From Octopus sinensis (taxonomy: Eukaryota): 64,000 nucleotides of DNA. The stretch is from the NCBI RefSeq assembly GCF_006345805.1, contig NW_021835472.1, forward strand, positions 1-64,000. Direction: 5' to 3'. The position numbers were made by a program, and so were the translations under genes. Below the pieces are notes generated by a model that was not told the DNA's origin, ran no database searches, and was given only the letters and a program-made list of their open reading frames with translations. Of the stretch, positions 38,412 to 51,745 are shown piece after piece (position 1 is the stretch's first letter; every line of letters begins with the position of its first letter).

Positions 38412-38479
<68 letters not shown>

Positions 38480-38963
38480 GAAAATGATAATGATGATGAT
38501 GGAAGCAGCTTTAAAGTTGCAGGTTCTTCCATGAGGCAGAAGATAGGCTGGCACAGTATGGGGCGGAGATTATTTGCAGTGAGGAATAAGGTAGGAGAAG
38601 ATCTTGGGAATGTAACGTTTCATTTTCTATTTTATATTTAACTTCTTTTTTTTTTTTCAAACATCATTTTATTTTTTTCAATATTAAATTAAAAACTGGT
38701 GTACAGACGAAGTTGACGGGCAAAAAAAAACTTAGATAAAAATTTTTTTTTAATAAAACAAGGATGCATCATATAGGCGAGTAAGGATTAACTGAGACGC
38801 TATTGCTAGTATATACATTGTGTGCCATGTGGTTGGTGTTGTATAGGAGGTGCAATGGAGGTGTATGATTGGAGCACGGCGTGTGTGTGTGTGTTGAAGG
38901 AATAACTGTAGCAGGTATTTGTACTAATATACTGATACTACTGTTACTGTATATGTTAATATA

Positions 38964-39290
38964 GAGGCGCAATGACACAGTGGTTAGAGTAGCGGACTCG
39001 CGGTCATAGATAGAGTCGTGGTTTCGATTCCCAGACCCGGCGTTGTGCAAAACACCTAAATCTTCACGACGTTGTGACAGGGTGTGGTGGCGAACCCTGC
39101 TGTACTCTTTCACCACAACTTTCTCTCACCCTTTCTTCCTGTTTCTGTTGTATCTGTATTTCAAAGGGGCCAGCCTTGTCACAATGAATCTCCCCGAGAA
39201 CTACGTTAAGGGTACACGTGTCTGTGGAGTGCTCAGCCATTTGCACGTTAATTTCACTAGCAGGCTGTTCCGTTGATTGGATCAACTGGA
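38964..39290 (+). mobile_element. SINE family C, diverged
   Basis: Homologous to 30195-30579. Confidence 0.85.
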
Positions 39291-39316
39291 GTAGTAGAAG
39301 TAGTAGTAGTACTAGC

Positions 39317-39359
<43 letters not shown>

Positions 39360-39638
39360 ATGGTGGCAGTGGTAGTAGCAGTAACAGTGGTGGTGGTGGT
39401 GGTGGTAGTAGTAGTAGTAGTTGTAAAATCATAGTGATTTTGTAAAATTTTTGCCAGCCGTTTGAACATAACATTTTTATTATTAATTTCTAGAAAGCAT
39501 GAACATGATTTTCTACGCCAGAATGCAAAACTTCATCAAAACCAGACTCTTTTCCGAATGATCTCGTAAAAATTCAGAATAAATTTACATGTTTGGAGGA
39601 AATTTAACATCTGAATAATATTGATAGTACTAAACGTT

Positions 39639-39975
39639 GAAGGCGCATAGCTCAGTGGTTGGAGCGTCGAGCTTCCGATCGTGTGATTGTGAGTTCGAAC
39701 ACCAGACCGGGCTGCGTGTTGTGCTCTTGAGCAAGACACCCTATTTTACGTTGCTCCAGTTCAGTCAGCTGTAGAAATGAGTTGCGACATCACTGGTGAA
39801 CAAGATGCATCGGCCTTTGCCTTTCCCTTGGATAACACTGGTGGCGTAAAGAGGGGAAGGCCGGTATGCATGGGCGACTGCTGGTCTTCGAAAAACAACC
39901 TTTCCCGGACTTGTGCCTGTGAGGGTAACTTTCTAGGTACGATTCCATACTCGGGCATAACCGAAGACGATCTCA
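39639..39975 (+). mobile_element. SINE family D
   Basis: Homologous to 34291-34626. Confidence 0.9.
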
Positions 39976-40326
39976 ACTAAACGCTAGATATACTTATATA
40001 TGTGTGCATGTGTGGGTTACTAGTTTCGGTCATTGGATCATGCCATGTTCATTTTATCTGACGCTGTTCAAGACCCAATGCAGTGTCTCTTTTCATAGTT
40101 GATGCAGTTCATACCTATACCCTTCAACAAATATTTAATTGGGGATACATCTCCAGTCCTAGGAAACTGGTCTCGGTTATCCCTGTTCTGAAACTGCCCA
40201 ACGTTCTGATCCTCGTAATGATCACCCAATCAGATTTCTCCCTAAAGTTGCCAAGGTTTGTGTGGCTTTGATTCATCAGGATCTAGATTTACACATTTTG
40301 TGTTTTTTATCTCCGAGTCGACCGAA

Positions 40327-40733
40327 GCAGGAGTGGCTGTGTGGTAAGTAGCTTGCTTACCGACCACATGGTTCCGGGTTCAGTCCCACTGCGTGGCACC
40401 TTGGGCAAGTGTCTTCTACTATAGCCTCGGGCCAACCAAAGCCTTGTGAGTAGATTTAGAAGACGGAAACTGAAAGAAACCTGTCGTATATATGTATCTG
40501 TATATATATGTATGTGTCTGTGTTTGTGTGTCTGTGTTTGTCCCCCTAACATCGCTTGACAACCGATGCTGGTGTGTTTACGTCCCGCGTAACCTAGTGG
40601 TTCGGCAAAAGAGACCGATATAATAAGTAGTAGGTTTACAAAGAATAAGTCCTGGGGTCGATTTGCTCGACTAAAGGCGGTACTCTAACATGGCCGCAGT
40701 CAAATGACTGAAACAAGTAAAAGAGTAAAAGAG
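40327..40733 (+). mobile_element. SINE family A
   Basis: Homologous to 55241-55663. Confidence 0.9.
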
Positions 40734-41019
40734 TAATAGTGGTAAGGCAAGCATTACTATCGTTTGACAAATGGAAAATATTTGACGGTGTAGGGCTTGT
40801 TCTGTTTCCGTTAGAAGTTTCATGGACATGAAATTTCTAGAAAGATCCTCAGTGATCTTGAATCTTTTCAGTCGAAGGTTGCTTTTACAACTGTTCTTAT
40901 TGTTCATGCATTTCTGGTTGATGGTTGTTCATGCATTTCTGGTTGATGGTTGTTCATGCATTTGGTGCTATAGTGAAGTGGTAGGATTTTGCAGCTGCTG
41001 TAAGTGGGGAAGGTTATTT

Positions 41020-41330
41020 TTCTAGTACGAGTGGTGGTGATGGTGGTGGTAGTAGTAGTGGTAGTGGTAGTCGTGATGGTGGTGGTAGTAGTAGTCGTAG
41101 TCGTAGACGTAGTAGCAGTAGTGGTGATGCTGGTGGTAGTAGTAGTAGTGGTGGTGGTACTAGCAGTAGTAGTAGTGGCGGTGGTAGTTGCGGTAATAGT
41201 AGTACTGGTGGGTGTGGTGGTGGGTGTGGTGGTTGGTGTGGAGGCGGTGGTGGTAGTAGTAGTAGTAGCAGTAGCAGTAGTATGCTCCAAGCTCATAGGG
41301 CACATCAACTGCGAAATTCCTCATAAGACT

Positions 41331-41376
<46 letters not shown>

Positions 41377-41974
41377 CTGCAGTAGTAGCTGTATGCTCGA
41401 AGCTCATAGTGCACTTCCACTGCGAAATTCCTGATAAGATTGCAATAGTAGTAGTAGTTGTTGTTGTTGTTGTACTCGCAGTTGCGTTTGTAGTTGTCTG
41501 TGGAGGTCACTTTTAAAAGTCGTTGCTATTGTTATTCATGTTGTTGTTGTTGTCTGTTCCTTATTCCATCTAACAAAACCGTTTTTGATTTTGCTGCAAA
41601 TCTGTTTTCTTTCTTTTGTATGTTTTTTTTTTCTTTCTCTCCCTGTATATGTATTTTTTTTTCTTTTGTTGATTACCATCGTGGGACACGAAGACAGAGT
41701 TATTTTCATCTTAGATACATCATGTTTATCAATTCTTTGACCATGGGTCACAGACGCCAAGCCTGACTGATTGACTAAACACACCGTTTTGACAGTATTC
41801 CATTTATTGTACACAAAAATAAAGCAACGGACAAGAAAATAAACAAGATACAAGACAATAAAATAAAAATAAAATAAAATAAAAACGAAATCAAACAACG
41901 AACAAAAATATGATAGTGCTGACAATAATTTCTGTGATGCTTGATGTTGCAGCTGCAGCTGATGCTGCTGCTGA

Positions 41975-42051
<77 letters not shown>

Positions 42052-42063
42052 CTGCTGCTTCTG

Positions 42064-42101
<38 letters not shown>

Positions 42102-42243
42102 GCCACTACTAACACCACCACCACCAACAACAACAACAACAACAACAACAACACAAACACAATTACCACCACGGTCACTACCACCATCATCACCACTACC
42201 ACTACTTCTATTAGTAATAATAATAATAATAATAATAATAATG

Positions 42244-42289
<46 letters not shown>

Positions 42290-42305
42290 TAATAATAATA
42301 ATAAT
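41020..42305. repeat. (TAG)n/(GGT)n, (CTA)n/(CTG)n and (AAT)n microsatellite tract
   Basis: Direct reading. Confidence 0.9.
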
Positions 42306-42880
42306 ATGCCCTGATGCAGTATCAGGCGGTGGCTCTCATGGCTTCTGATCTCAACTGATTGGATGTGTTATCATACACATTGTTTTGTCTTTGTATAAAA
42401 GATAAGTTACAGCAAATATTCTGCTCAATACTACGGATTGGCTTGTCAGTTGTTTGACCTTAACCAGTTCAGCATGTCCCTGAGTGGCTGACAATATGTA
42501 CATCTCTGATCACGAGCAGAAGTGGGGGGGGGGGGCTTCATAGTCAACGAGTTGATATGAATTGTTTGGGATTTGGATAATTCACATTTGGAAAGATGGC
42601 TGTTTCGTTTAACGTCATTAAACAACTCATATTCAGGGACCTTTTGAGCGGGTTGGGCTACTCAACCCGAAGAAAATACTAACGGGGTCCCACCTGGAAG
42701 GTCATGCGCTGTTAATCTTGATAATGAAATCACCATGTCGCGCACATATTGTTGTGATGCATACGCCTGATGTACCCTTATCAGACGAGTAGTCAGGATG
42801 CGTATATTGGGCTTTGTATATTTTACCCCAGTGTTACTTTGATGGCATGCACTGCTCTCTCACTCAATAATAATAATAAC
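42306..42880 (+). mobile_element. Probable LINE-derived 3' region inserted in (AAT)n
   Basis: Complex ~570-bp block (ATGCCCTGATGCAGTATCAGGCGGTGGCTCTCATGG...CTCTCTCACTC) flanked by (AAT)n on both sides; no ORF recognised. Confidence 0.45.
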
Positions 42881-43339
42881 AATTCTTTCTTCTAAAGGAG
42901 CAAAGCTAGAAATTTAGGGGAAATGGACTAGTCAATTTCATCGACCCCAGTCTTTCACTGGCATTCTTTGTCCATTAACTTTTTCGGTGTTTTTGGTACC
43001 AGGCACCCGTTACTTCGTATCCATTTTCCGGCTTAGTAACTAGTGAAGGTTTTGGGCTACTTTGATGTGTCTGCGTTTGTACTCTTATTGTGCAAGACTT
43101 TCACAAGCAGTAACTATATCAGTAACCTTTACGACCGTCTTCCAGTACATTCTGCAGAGGTTCGTTGTACTTGTATGGTATATATACATTTATACATACA
43201 TATAAACACACACACACATATATATATATTATATTATATTATATCATAATATATATATATTTCCTGACCGTCCAATAACACTATATTTGTTCCACGTCCT
43301 CGCGCTGTTGTGTTTTCTCTTTGTGTTTTCATGTTGGAT

Positions 43340-43411
<72 letters not shown>

Positions 43412-43413
43412 TA

Positions 43414-44828
43414 TACGTTGTCATCTGTTGGTATTGATACATCGATTAGAAAGCATTTTTCCCTTGATTATCTCTGACAACTATATCTGGCCTGTTGGCC
43501 TTAATTTCTGTATGTGCGTGTACTGGCATATCCCATAGTATGGTTGCTTTCTTATATCTGTGACTTTTTCTAGCGTGTGCCTATACCATCTTTTTTCTGT
43601 TGTTATTCCATAGCGTTGGCATAGCTTCCAGTATATATAGGTCCCAACTCTCTCATGTCTGTGAACGTATTCCTTCTTACCCAGAAACTATTGTTTGTTT
43701 ATTGCTTCTTCTTCATCTCCACATATTCTGCAGTTACTTGTTTCTTTTCATTAAATTTTTTGGGGTAATTTCTGGTGGAGAGGCTTTAGCGTTGTGCTGC
43801 AATTGAAAAATTTTTCAGTCTCTGCTTTGAGTCCTGTTTTTCTTTTGCCATTGTTGGAATTTTGCTTTCTTTATTTCTTTTGCGTTTATTCTAACCCAGT
43901 ATTTGCCATGAAGGGCTTTTCTTGCCATCGTTTTATCATGGTCCGTTGCTGTTCCAGTTTTAGTTTGGATTTCATTTGTTTTACAGATTTTGTTGCTTCT
44001 TCTTTTTCTTCATATTTGTTGGGTAGTATGACTTCTCGTTTGAATTTGTCAGCTTCCTTAAAGACTGAAAACCATTTTTGCTTTGTTCGTATTTTCTGGC
44101 TATTTGTATTAATTTTCCTTGCTTCTGAAATTGATACTTTTGTAGTCCTAAGGTGTTTATTTCCTAATAGTTTACTTGATGTTTCAGGCCTCTACCACCT
44201 TCTATACGTTACATATATAAACTTTTTATATCAGATTTTTGGTGGTGCATTCAAAATTCTGTCATTATTTTTCTTATCCTGTCTATTTTGATTAGTTCAT
44301 TTGGTATCCAGTTAAGGATATTGTAACTGTAACTTATAACTGGGACGGCTAGAATGTTGATAGCTATTATCTTATTTTTTGCATTGAGCTCTGTTTTCAG
44401 TATTAATCTAAATTGTCTGTAGTATTCTTTTTTTTTTAGATTTTCTATTTCATTTGTGTGTATTGTAACGTATATAGTTCATTGATATTAAGTAATTGTA
44501 TGTTTGGCTTTGGTCTAATTCTCTTATTTCATATGCTTTATTTAGTATGATTTTGCTACTCTTAACTAGTTTTTCTTTCAAGGTTGTTTTGGCACATTTT
44601 TCTAAGTCAAATTTCATGTCTTTTTCTTTGGTAAATCCGGGTACTGTCTGCAGTACTGTTTCAAGCTGTTAATCATTTGTAGCGTGCAGTTTTAGGTCAT
44701 CCATATATAAAAGGTGGCTGATTGCTTTGCGGTAACATTTGTATCCGCATCCATTTTTGTTTAGCATGTCAGATAAAGGTGTCACAGTCAAGCAGAAAAG
44801 GAGTGCAGAAAAGGAGCAGAAATGGAGT
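43414..44828 (-). pseudogene. R4/Dong-type non-LTR retrotransposon ORF fragment (RT, zinc knuckle remnant, REase)
   Basis: [38 protein letters not shown] (RT YMDD); IEGGRGL; KRWQEKPLHGKY; CRICGDEEE; KATILWDMPVH..IKANRPDIVVRD..CFLIDVSIP (PD..D REase). Several stops and frameshifts. Confidence 0.92.
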
Positions 44829-44847
44829 GTATACACATATACCACGG

Positions 44848-44994
<147 letters not shown>

Positions 44995-44996
44995 GT

Positions 44997-45300
44997 GAGG
45001 TGCAATGGCCCATTGGTTAGGGCAGCGGACTCGCGGTCGGAGGATCGTGGTTTCGATTCCCAGACCGGGCGTTGTGTGTGTTTATTGAGCGAAAACACCA
45101 AAGAACTCCATGAGGCTCCGGCAGGGGGTGGTGATCCCTGCTGTACTCTTTCACCACTCTTTCTCTCACTCTTTCTTCTGTTGGCCTGCTCGCTTAGCCA
45201 GCGGGGTGGCGTCGTTCGAAGGCTAAAACAATGCAAACGCATAGTGACCAGCGATGTGTAGCAACATCTGATGGTCTGGTCGGTCACGTGATCACCTGAT
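44997..45300 (+). mobile_element. SINE with family-C head and alternative tail
   Basis: Head and body as 30195 up to CTTTCTCTCACTCT, then a different tail ending GGTCGGTCACGTGATCACCTGAT. Confidence 0.85.
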
Positions 45301-46249
45301 ATATATACACACGCACACATATAACTGTGTGTGCCTGTGAGTATGTGTGTCTGTGTGTGCGAGTGTGTGCGTGAGTGTGCAAGTGTTTACTAGTGTGATA
45401 CCACGTGGCTAGTGGGTAGGGTTTTGTTCTTTCTGATTCGACGTCACAGTTTCGTTTTCCAGGTGAGGCAGTGCCATATGCTCTTTATTAAAAAAGGAAA
45501 ACAAAACAAAAAAACTTTCTTTTTATATTTTCGTACAATCACTTCGACATCTTAGGCGTAGCACATATTGTACCTGTACCGGCAATGTTGATGAAACAGA
45601 GCGCTTAATCGAACGCACAGAACAAACATTAGGTTACTAAAAACACAGCTTGTCTTGAGGTTGTTCGACAATTTTCTAACGTACAATCTGTACAAGACCA
45701 GTGACTACACCATGCGCGCATATGTTTATAGTTGAAAGAAGAATAGAGTTCTACGCAAATCAATTTTTATATATAAAAAATTGAGACGAAAATAACACTG
45801 AAGTAAATCTAAGACATTTCAAATTAAGAATGAATTTAATAAAATTATGAGAAATATTATTATTTCTTAATCTATCAACGAGAGACATTCAGTAACTGAA
45901 CTCTAAAGTAAAGATCATTAGCCAGCATAATATGTCATTTAGCCCCAGGAAAACATCGTCTCCAGCTGGCTATTCGACACACCATCTGCGTCCTTATAGA
46001 GATACATTCACTAACAGTACTCTAAAGTAAAGATTATTTGACAACATAACTGTTACTGAATGTCCCCCGTTGAGAGATTTTAAAATAATAATATTTCTAT
46101 TTATTAGATCAGTAACCGTGTGCCACTTTGAAAATTATATATATTTTCGAACAGGGATTTAGCGGTGCCATCTCTAGCAGAGCTGTTATGAAACAATTGT
46201 AGGAATAGCAGATGACACATTCGCCTGTTCTTGATATATATTTATATAG

Positions 46250-46628
46250 GAGCACTCCGTCTGTTGCGACGATGAGGGTCCCAGCTGATACGATCAACGG
46301 AACAGCTTGCTCGTGATATTAACGTGCAAGTGGCTGAGCACTCCACAGACACGTGTACCCTTAACGTAGTTCTCGAGAAGATTCAGCGTGACACAGAGTG
46401 TGACAAGGCCGGCCCTTTGAAATACAGGTACAAGAGAAACAGGGAGAACGAGCGAGAGAAAGTTGTGGTAAAAGAGTACAGCAGGGTTCACCACCACCCC
46501 CTGCCGGAGCCTCGTGGAGCTTTAGGTGTTTTCGCTCAATAAACACTCACAATGCCCGATCTGGGAATTGAAACCGCGATCCTCCGACCGCGAGTCCGCT
46601 GCCCTAACCACTGGGCCATTGCGCCTCC
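46250..46628 (-). mobile_element. SINE family C with probable 11-bp TSD
   Basis: Full copy; ATATTTATATA at 46238-46248 and 46629-46639. Confidence 0.9.
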
Positions 46629-46760
46629 ATATTTATATACATATAGAATCAAATGAATAATAACATACAATGTATAATTGATGATTCATTACGGCTGTTC
46701 CTTACGCATGTTTTTAATAGATTAAAAACATTACTTCGTTACAAAAGACTGCAACCATGC

Positions 46761-46904
46761 GATGAAACGTAATTTTACAGACAAAAGAATATCTCAAGAA
46801 TACAGCAGGCATGTGGCCGAAGTCTATCGACGTGAATTATGAGATTTCGTTTCGACAGTATTTATTCTTGGGATATCCTTTCGTTTGTAAAATTACGTTT
46901 CATC
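46761..46904. repeat. Imperfect inverted repeat (arms about 42 bp)
   Basis: GATGAAACGTAATTTTACAGACAAAAGAATATCTCAAGAATA versus TATTCTTGGGATATCCTTTCGTTTGTAAAATTACGTTTCATC. Confidence 0.8.
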
Positions 46905-46943
46905 TGATAATTACTGAGTTTTTGTAATATAATAGAGTAATGT

Positions 46944-46979
<36 letters not shown>

Positions 46980-46980
46980 A

Positions 46981-47261
46981 TATAATTCGAGACAAAACCA
47001 CTATTTTAAAACCAAACAAGAAAATACTTAATCAATACATAAAATTTTAAATAAATTAAATAAACCGCCACAGCAATTGTTTCATGTCTGCTACCGACAA
47101 TCTTCAGGTGTATTTTCGATCTCCTAATCCGTATCAAATTTTGAATACAGCAGACATGAAACAATTGTTGTGGCGGTTTATTTAATTTATATTAAAATTT
47201 TATGTATTGATTAAGTCTTTTCTTGTTTGGTTTTAAAATAGTTGTTTTGTCTCGAATTATA
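46981..47261. mobile_element. Head-to-head inverted pair of PLE-type tails carrying a hammerhead-like motif (family 4)
   Basis: Arms 46981-47092 and 47149-47261. Minus strand 47115-47066 reads ACAC-CTGAAGA-TTGTCGGTAGCAGACAT-GAAACAATTG(C/T)T-GTGG; the plus arm has GAAACAATTGTTGTGG. Confidence 0.7.
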
Positions 47262-47403
47262 TTATATAATATTTTACTATAAAATTGGATTTAACCCTAA
47301 ATCTGATTTTTCCCTGTAATTTTGGATTCATTCCCTAATATTTATTATTATATATATATATATATATGTGTGTGTGTTTCTCTCCGTGTTTCTTTTCTGT
47401 GTA

Positions 47404-47537
47404 TCTTTCTGTTGAAGAGCGTAGGCTCGAAACGTAAAAGACTTGTTTTATTTATATTCCTGAGCGCCATACTAATACAATTGTTTGTTTGTATTCCACC
47501 TGCCTTCGTCTTTTGTTTATTTTCATAGGGCTTCCCG

Positions 47538-47540
<3 letters not shown>
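47404..47540 (+). ncRNA. Minimal type-I hammerhead-like motif (family 1, U6 variant) in a PLE-type tail
   Basis: TCTTT-CTGTTGA(47409-47415)-A-GAGC/GTAG/GCTC-GAAA-CGT-A-AAAGA: 5-bp stem I, 4-bp stem II, ACGT palindrome, GUA site at 47436. Confidence 0.72.
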
Positions 47541-47572
<32 letters not shown>

Positions 47573-48585
47573 CTAATGTGTGTTTGTGTTGGTATTTGTG
47601 CAACCATCAACGTTTGACATCCAATGCTGGTGTGTTTACGTCCCGTAACTTAGCGTTTCGGCTAAATAGACCGATGGAAAAAGTAGTAGGCTTTAAAAAA
47701 TAAATCCTGGGATCGATTTGTTCAACTAAACATTTCCAAGGCGTTGCTTCTGGATGAACACCGTCAAATGACCGAAACAGGTAAAAGAAAAAGTTATCCT
47801 GTTTATGCTGTATTATAGATTTGGTTTCATAACAACCAGGCCATACCATAAATAATCGGCAGTAGGCGGTGCACAATTCATTTATCAAACGCAAGTTTTC
47901 ATGCAAGGATCACTTCACCCAGCCGATGCCCTTAACTTAAAAATGAGATTACCTTCCCTGTCCTCAAGAACGAAAATATATATTGGTAAATTTCTCTGTT
48001 CCATCCTCACAGTAAGAGCTCCCTTCTGAAGAAATCTTGTGAAAAACTTTACGGTTCTACCCATCAGTCTTTACTCACACCCACACAAATACACATTCAA
48101 GGATATATATTTTTCGTTCTTCCATCTGTATTTCCCATTAAACCTATTCATTCTCGACATCGTCTTTAGCCATCATCGGGCCTCAACCAAATAAAAACAA
48201 AGAAAAATGAGAGACCAAAATTACGAAACGAATTCTGTCACGCAGATCAGCATCTAAAAGAATTAATGTGAGGTCTATTACTCTGATGGGACTATGAAAC
48301 TTCCTGGTTCTTTTTGTACGAATTTTTTTCACTTGAGAATTCCATTCCACCATTTTTTGTAACATTCCTCATACATGTAAATCGGTTATGATATTTTCAA
48401 TCTGTACTTAAAAAGAAATTGAAGGCCGTTAAAATTCCATTCCACTCTAGGATAGTTTTTTCACACGACACCGTGAAGTATTGTCTATTACGTAACTAAA
48501 CGATATATAATACGAGTATATAATATAATACATAACCAATATATATGTGTATATGGATATAAATATATGTATATGTATATGTATG

Positions 48586-48617
<32 letters not shown>

Positions 48618-48647
48618 TATATATATATATATAATATATATATATTA

Positions 48648-48682
<35 letters not shown>

Positions 48683-48716
48683 ATTATATATATATATATA
48701 TATATATTTATAATAA

Positions 48717-48788
<72 letters not shown>

Positions 48789-48833
48789 TTCATACAGCAT
48801 ATTCTTTTCTTCTCAATTTGCTTCACTCGAACT

Positions 48834-48957
48834 AATTGACCCCCAGGACGTATTCTTTGTAAACCTCTTTTGCCGAACCGCTAACTTACGGGAGACGGAA
48901 ACACACCAACATTGGTTATCAAGCGATGGTGGGGGCACATACAAAAAAACACACACG

Positions 48958-49018
<61 letters not shown>

Positions 49019-49179
49019 CTATACGACTGGCGTCTTTCAGTTTCCGTCTCCCAAATCTACTCACAAGGCTTTTGTTGGCCGGAGGGTATAGTAGAAAATA
49101 CTTGCCCAAGGTGCCACGCAGTGGGACAGAACCCGGAACCATGTGGTTGGGAAGTATGATTCTTACCCCACAGCCACTC
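48834..49179 (-). mobile_element. SINE family A
   Basis: Reverse complement of family A with internal (AC)n/(AT)n. Confidence 0.88.
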
Positions 49180-50869
49180 ATAAAGAGATAGGTGGGGAGA
49201 GAGGAGGGGGAGGGAGAAAGAGAGAGAAAACTTGGACAAAGACTCTTGTGTTAAGATGTCTTATGTCTTAATACGCCGAGGCAAGTTGTGCCTGGATTTA
49301 TTAAGAGCGAGTATGCAGATAATATTTCCACATCTCGCTTTGCATGCTGTCAATAACGATGTTCCATAAAAAAAAATTCTGTGAATATTAATTTCACATT
49401 TCGGCACAAAGCCAGTAATTTTCAGTAGTTTATCGACCCCGAAAGGATGAAACACAAAGGCACCCCGGCGGCATTTGAACTCACAAATGTTCATATTAAA
49501 TCCTAATGTTGTTAGAGACATATTTTTATGGAAGGGTGTTAATCTGTAGGTAACCAATGCACCCACTCAAAAAACGGTTTGTCATTTTCTTCCTTCCTGT
49601 CTCATCAATATCGAAAATGTTGAATAAAAGGGAGTTAATCGGTTAGTCACCAAACACTCGAACGCACATAATACTTCTTTACTCACTACTGACAGGAATT
49701 ATTTAAAACAAGGGAGTACAACTGGTGGATGACTAATCTACAACAAGCATGACTACAGCTTAAATATAATTGTTTTAATTTTGATACAATTTTTTTTTCT
49801 TTTTAGTGGAAGAACATGTCGGTTACTTCTCCCCCAGTATCTGGCCCCGAAAGCACGAAAGGAAAATTAACCTCCACGGACATTGAACTGACGATTTAAT
49901 GAATCAGAATAAATGCTGTCAAGCATAGTTTCCGATCTGGTTAACGATTCTGCAAGCTCACCATCTCAGCGTCTGAAAGCAAATAATAATAAGGGAGATA
50001 ATCGGCCACTAATTAATATAGAAAAATCATGGCTGCTGAGCTAATCACCAACAGATATTGGGATATAATCGGAAAACAAACTCGTATATTATTTACATAA
50101 TCAACGTCAGATATCATGAAATAGATAGATAACTGATAATTACAAACTTGCTAAATCCATTCAGCTTTATTTGTATAAGTCATTAATTCAAATTCTTATA
50201 ATCGTGTGATGGTTGTAACCTCAATTTCAACCTACAGAGGTCCTTGAATCTCCCTTCTGCTGGAAAGTATAATGTTAGAAACGTCGCGATTGCAAAACTA
50301 AGAATGAGAACTATTTCTCGTTTGTATCAATGAATATAGGTGAGAGTTTCTCGAATCCTTTATTCCTAAAATGCGGATAAAAATGTATTATACTCTCATA
50401 TTCACGTATCGCGTTCAGGAAGTGTTCTTATATAAGAGCCAGAAATAAAATGGCTAACACAAGCGGCTTATCATGATCCAGCACTATATTCATACATATT
50501 CGATGAATAATCGGAGAGGTAGATATATTGATTGTATTTTCACATTCGATTTGTACACACTATCATTTACTATCGTCCGAAGATCGATATAGTGAAACTC
50601 GAAATAATATCCAGTGAAGATTTCATCTTAGAATGAACAATGTAACCGAACTATTAAAAAGATGGTTGTTTGATAAGGTGCTATATTTGTTTGTTTGTCT
50701 CAATTTTAGATTGTATTTTCTGGTAAATTGGTATTCTTAGTTTCTTGACTTTATTTTATGTGAATTATATATATTATATTTTGTATATATGAATGAAATA
50801 CGAAAATCGAAACGTTAGTTAGATGGCAAATAGTATAGAATATATCACAGAAGCTAAACAATTTCAACA

Positions 50870-51745
50870 CCCGTGGTTGTGTGGCAAGAATCTTGCTCCT
50901 CGACCGCATAGTCTTACTGCGTGGCGTCTTGGGCTACTGTATTTTACTACAACCGCGGGCCGACCAATAATCTGTAAGTGCTTGTGGTAGATAGAAAGTG
51001 AAAGGAGACTATCGTCCATGTATGTATGTATGTATGCATGTATGTATGTATGTATGTATGCATGTATGTATGTATGTGTGTCTGTATGTACGTGTATGCG
51101 TGTGTGTGTGAATGTGTGTCTGTGTGTACGTGTCCGTGTGTGAGTGTGTCTGTGTTTGTTGCCACCGCCGCTTAATAAATGTTAGTGTGTACGTTCCGTT
51201 ACGTAGCGGTTCGGCAAAAGAAGCGAGAGAATAAGTAAAAGATAAGTACTGAGAGCGATTCATTTGACAAAAAATCCTAAATATGTCTTCGTGGCGGTGT
51301 CCCAGCATGGCCGCACTCTCATAAGGGAAACAAGTAAAAGATACACACACACACAATCACACACACACACAAACACACACACATTTATATAGGCGCAGGG
51401 ATGACTGCGTGGTAAGAAGCTTGTTTCCCAACCGCATAGCACCGGGTTAAGGCCCACTACGTGGCTCCTTGGGCAAGTGTCTTTTACTATAACCTAGGGC
51501 CGACAAAAGCCTTGTGAGTGGCAGACGGAAACTAAAAGAAGCCCGTCGCATATATATATATATATATATATTTGTGTGTCTGTATTTGTCCCCCAACCAA
51601 CCTTTGAAAATGGTGTTGACATAGCGGTTTGGCAAAGGCGACTGATACTAGACTTACAAAGAATTAGTCCTGTGGCCGATTTATTGGACTGAAGGCGGTG
51701 CTCCAGCATGGCCGCAGTCAAATGATTGAAACAAATGAAAGAATA
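50870..51745 (+). mobile_element. Two tandem SINE family A copies (about 50870-51345 and 51391-51745)
   Basis: Two heads and two 3' ends (CAGCATGGCCGCA..AAACAA). Confidence 0.85.

Noticed and set aside
43794-44291. 165-aa plus-strand hydrophobic ORF
   Set aside because: Antisense shadow of the R4/Dong LINE coding strand.
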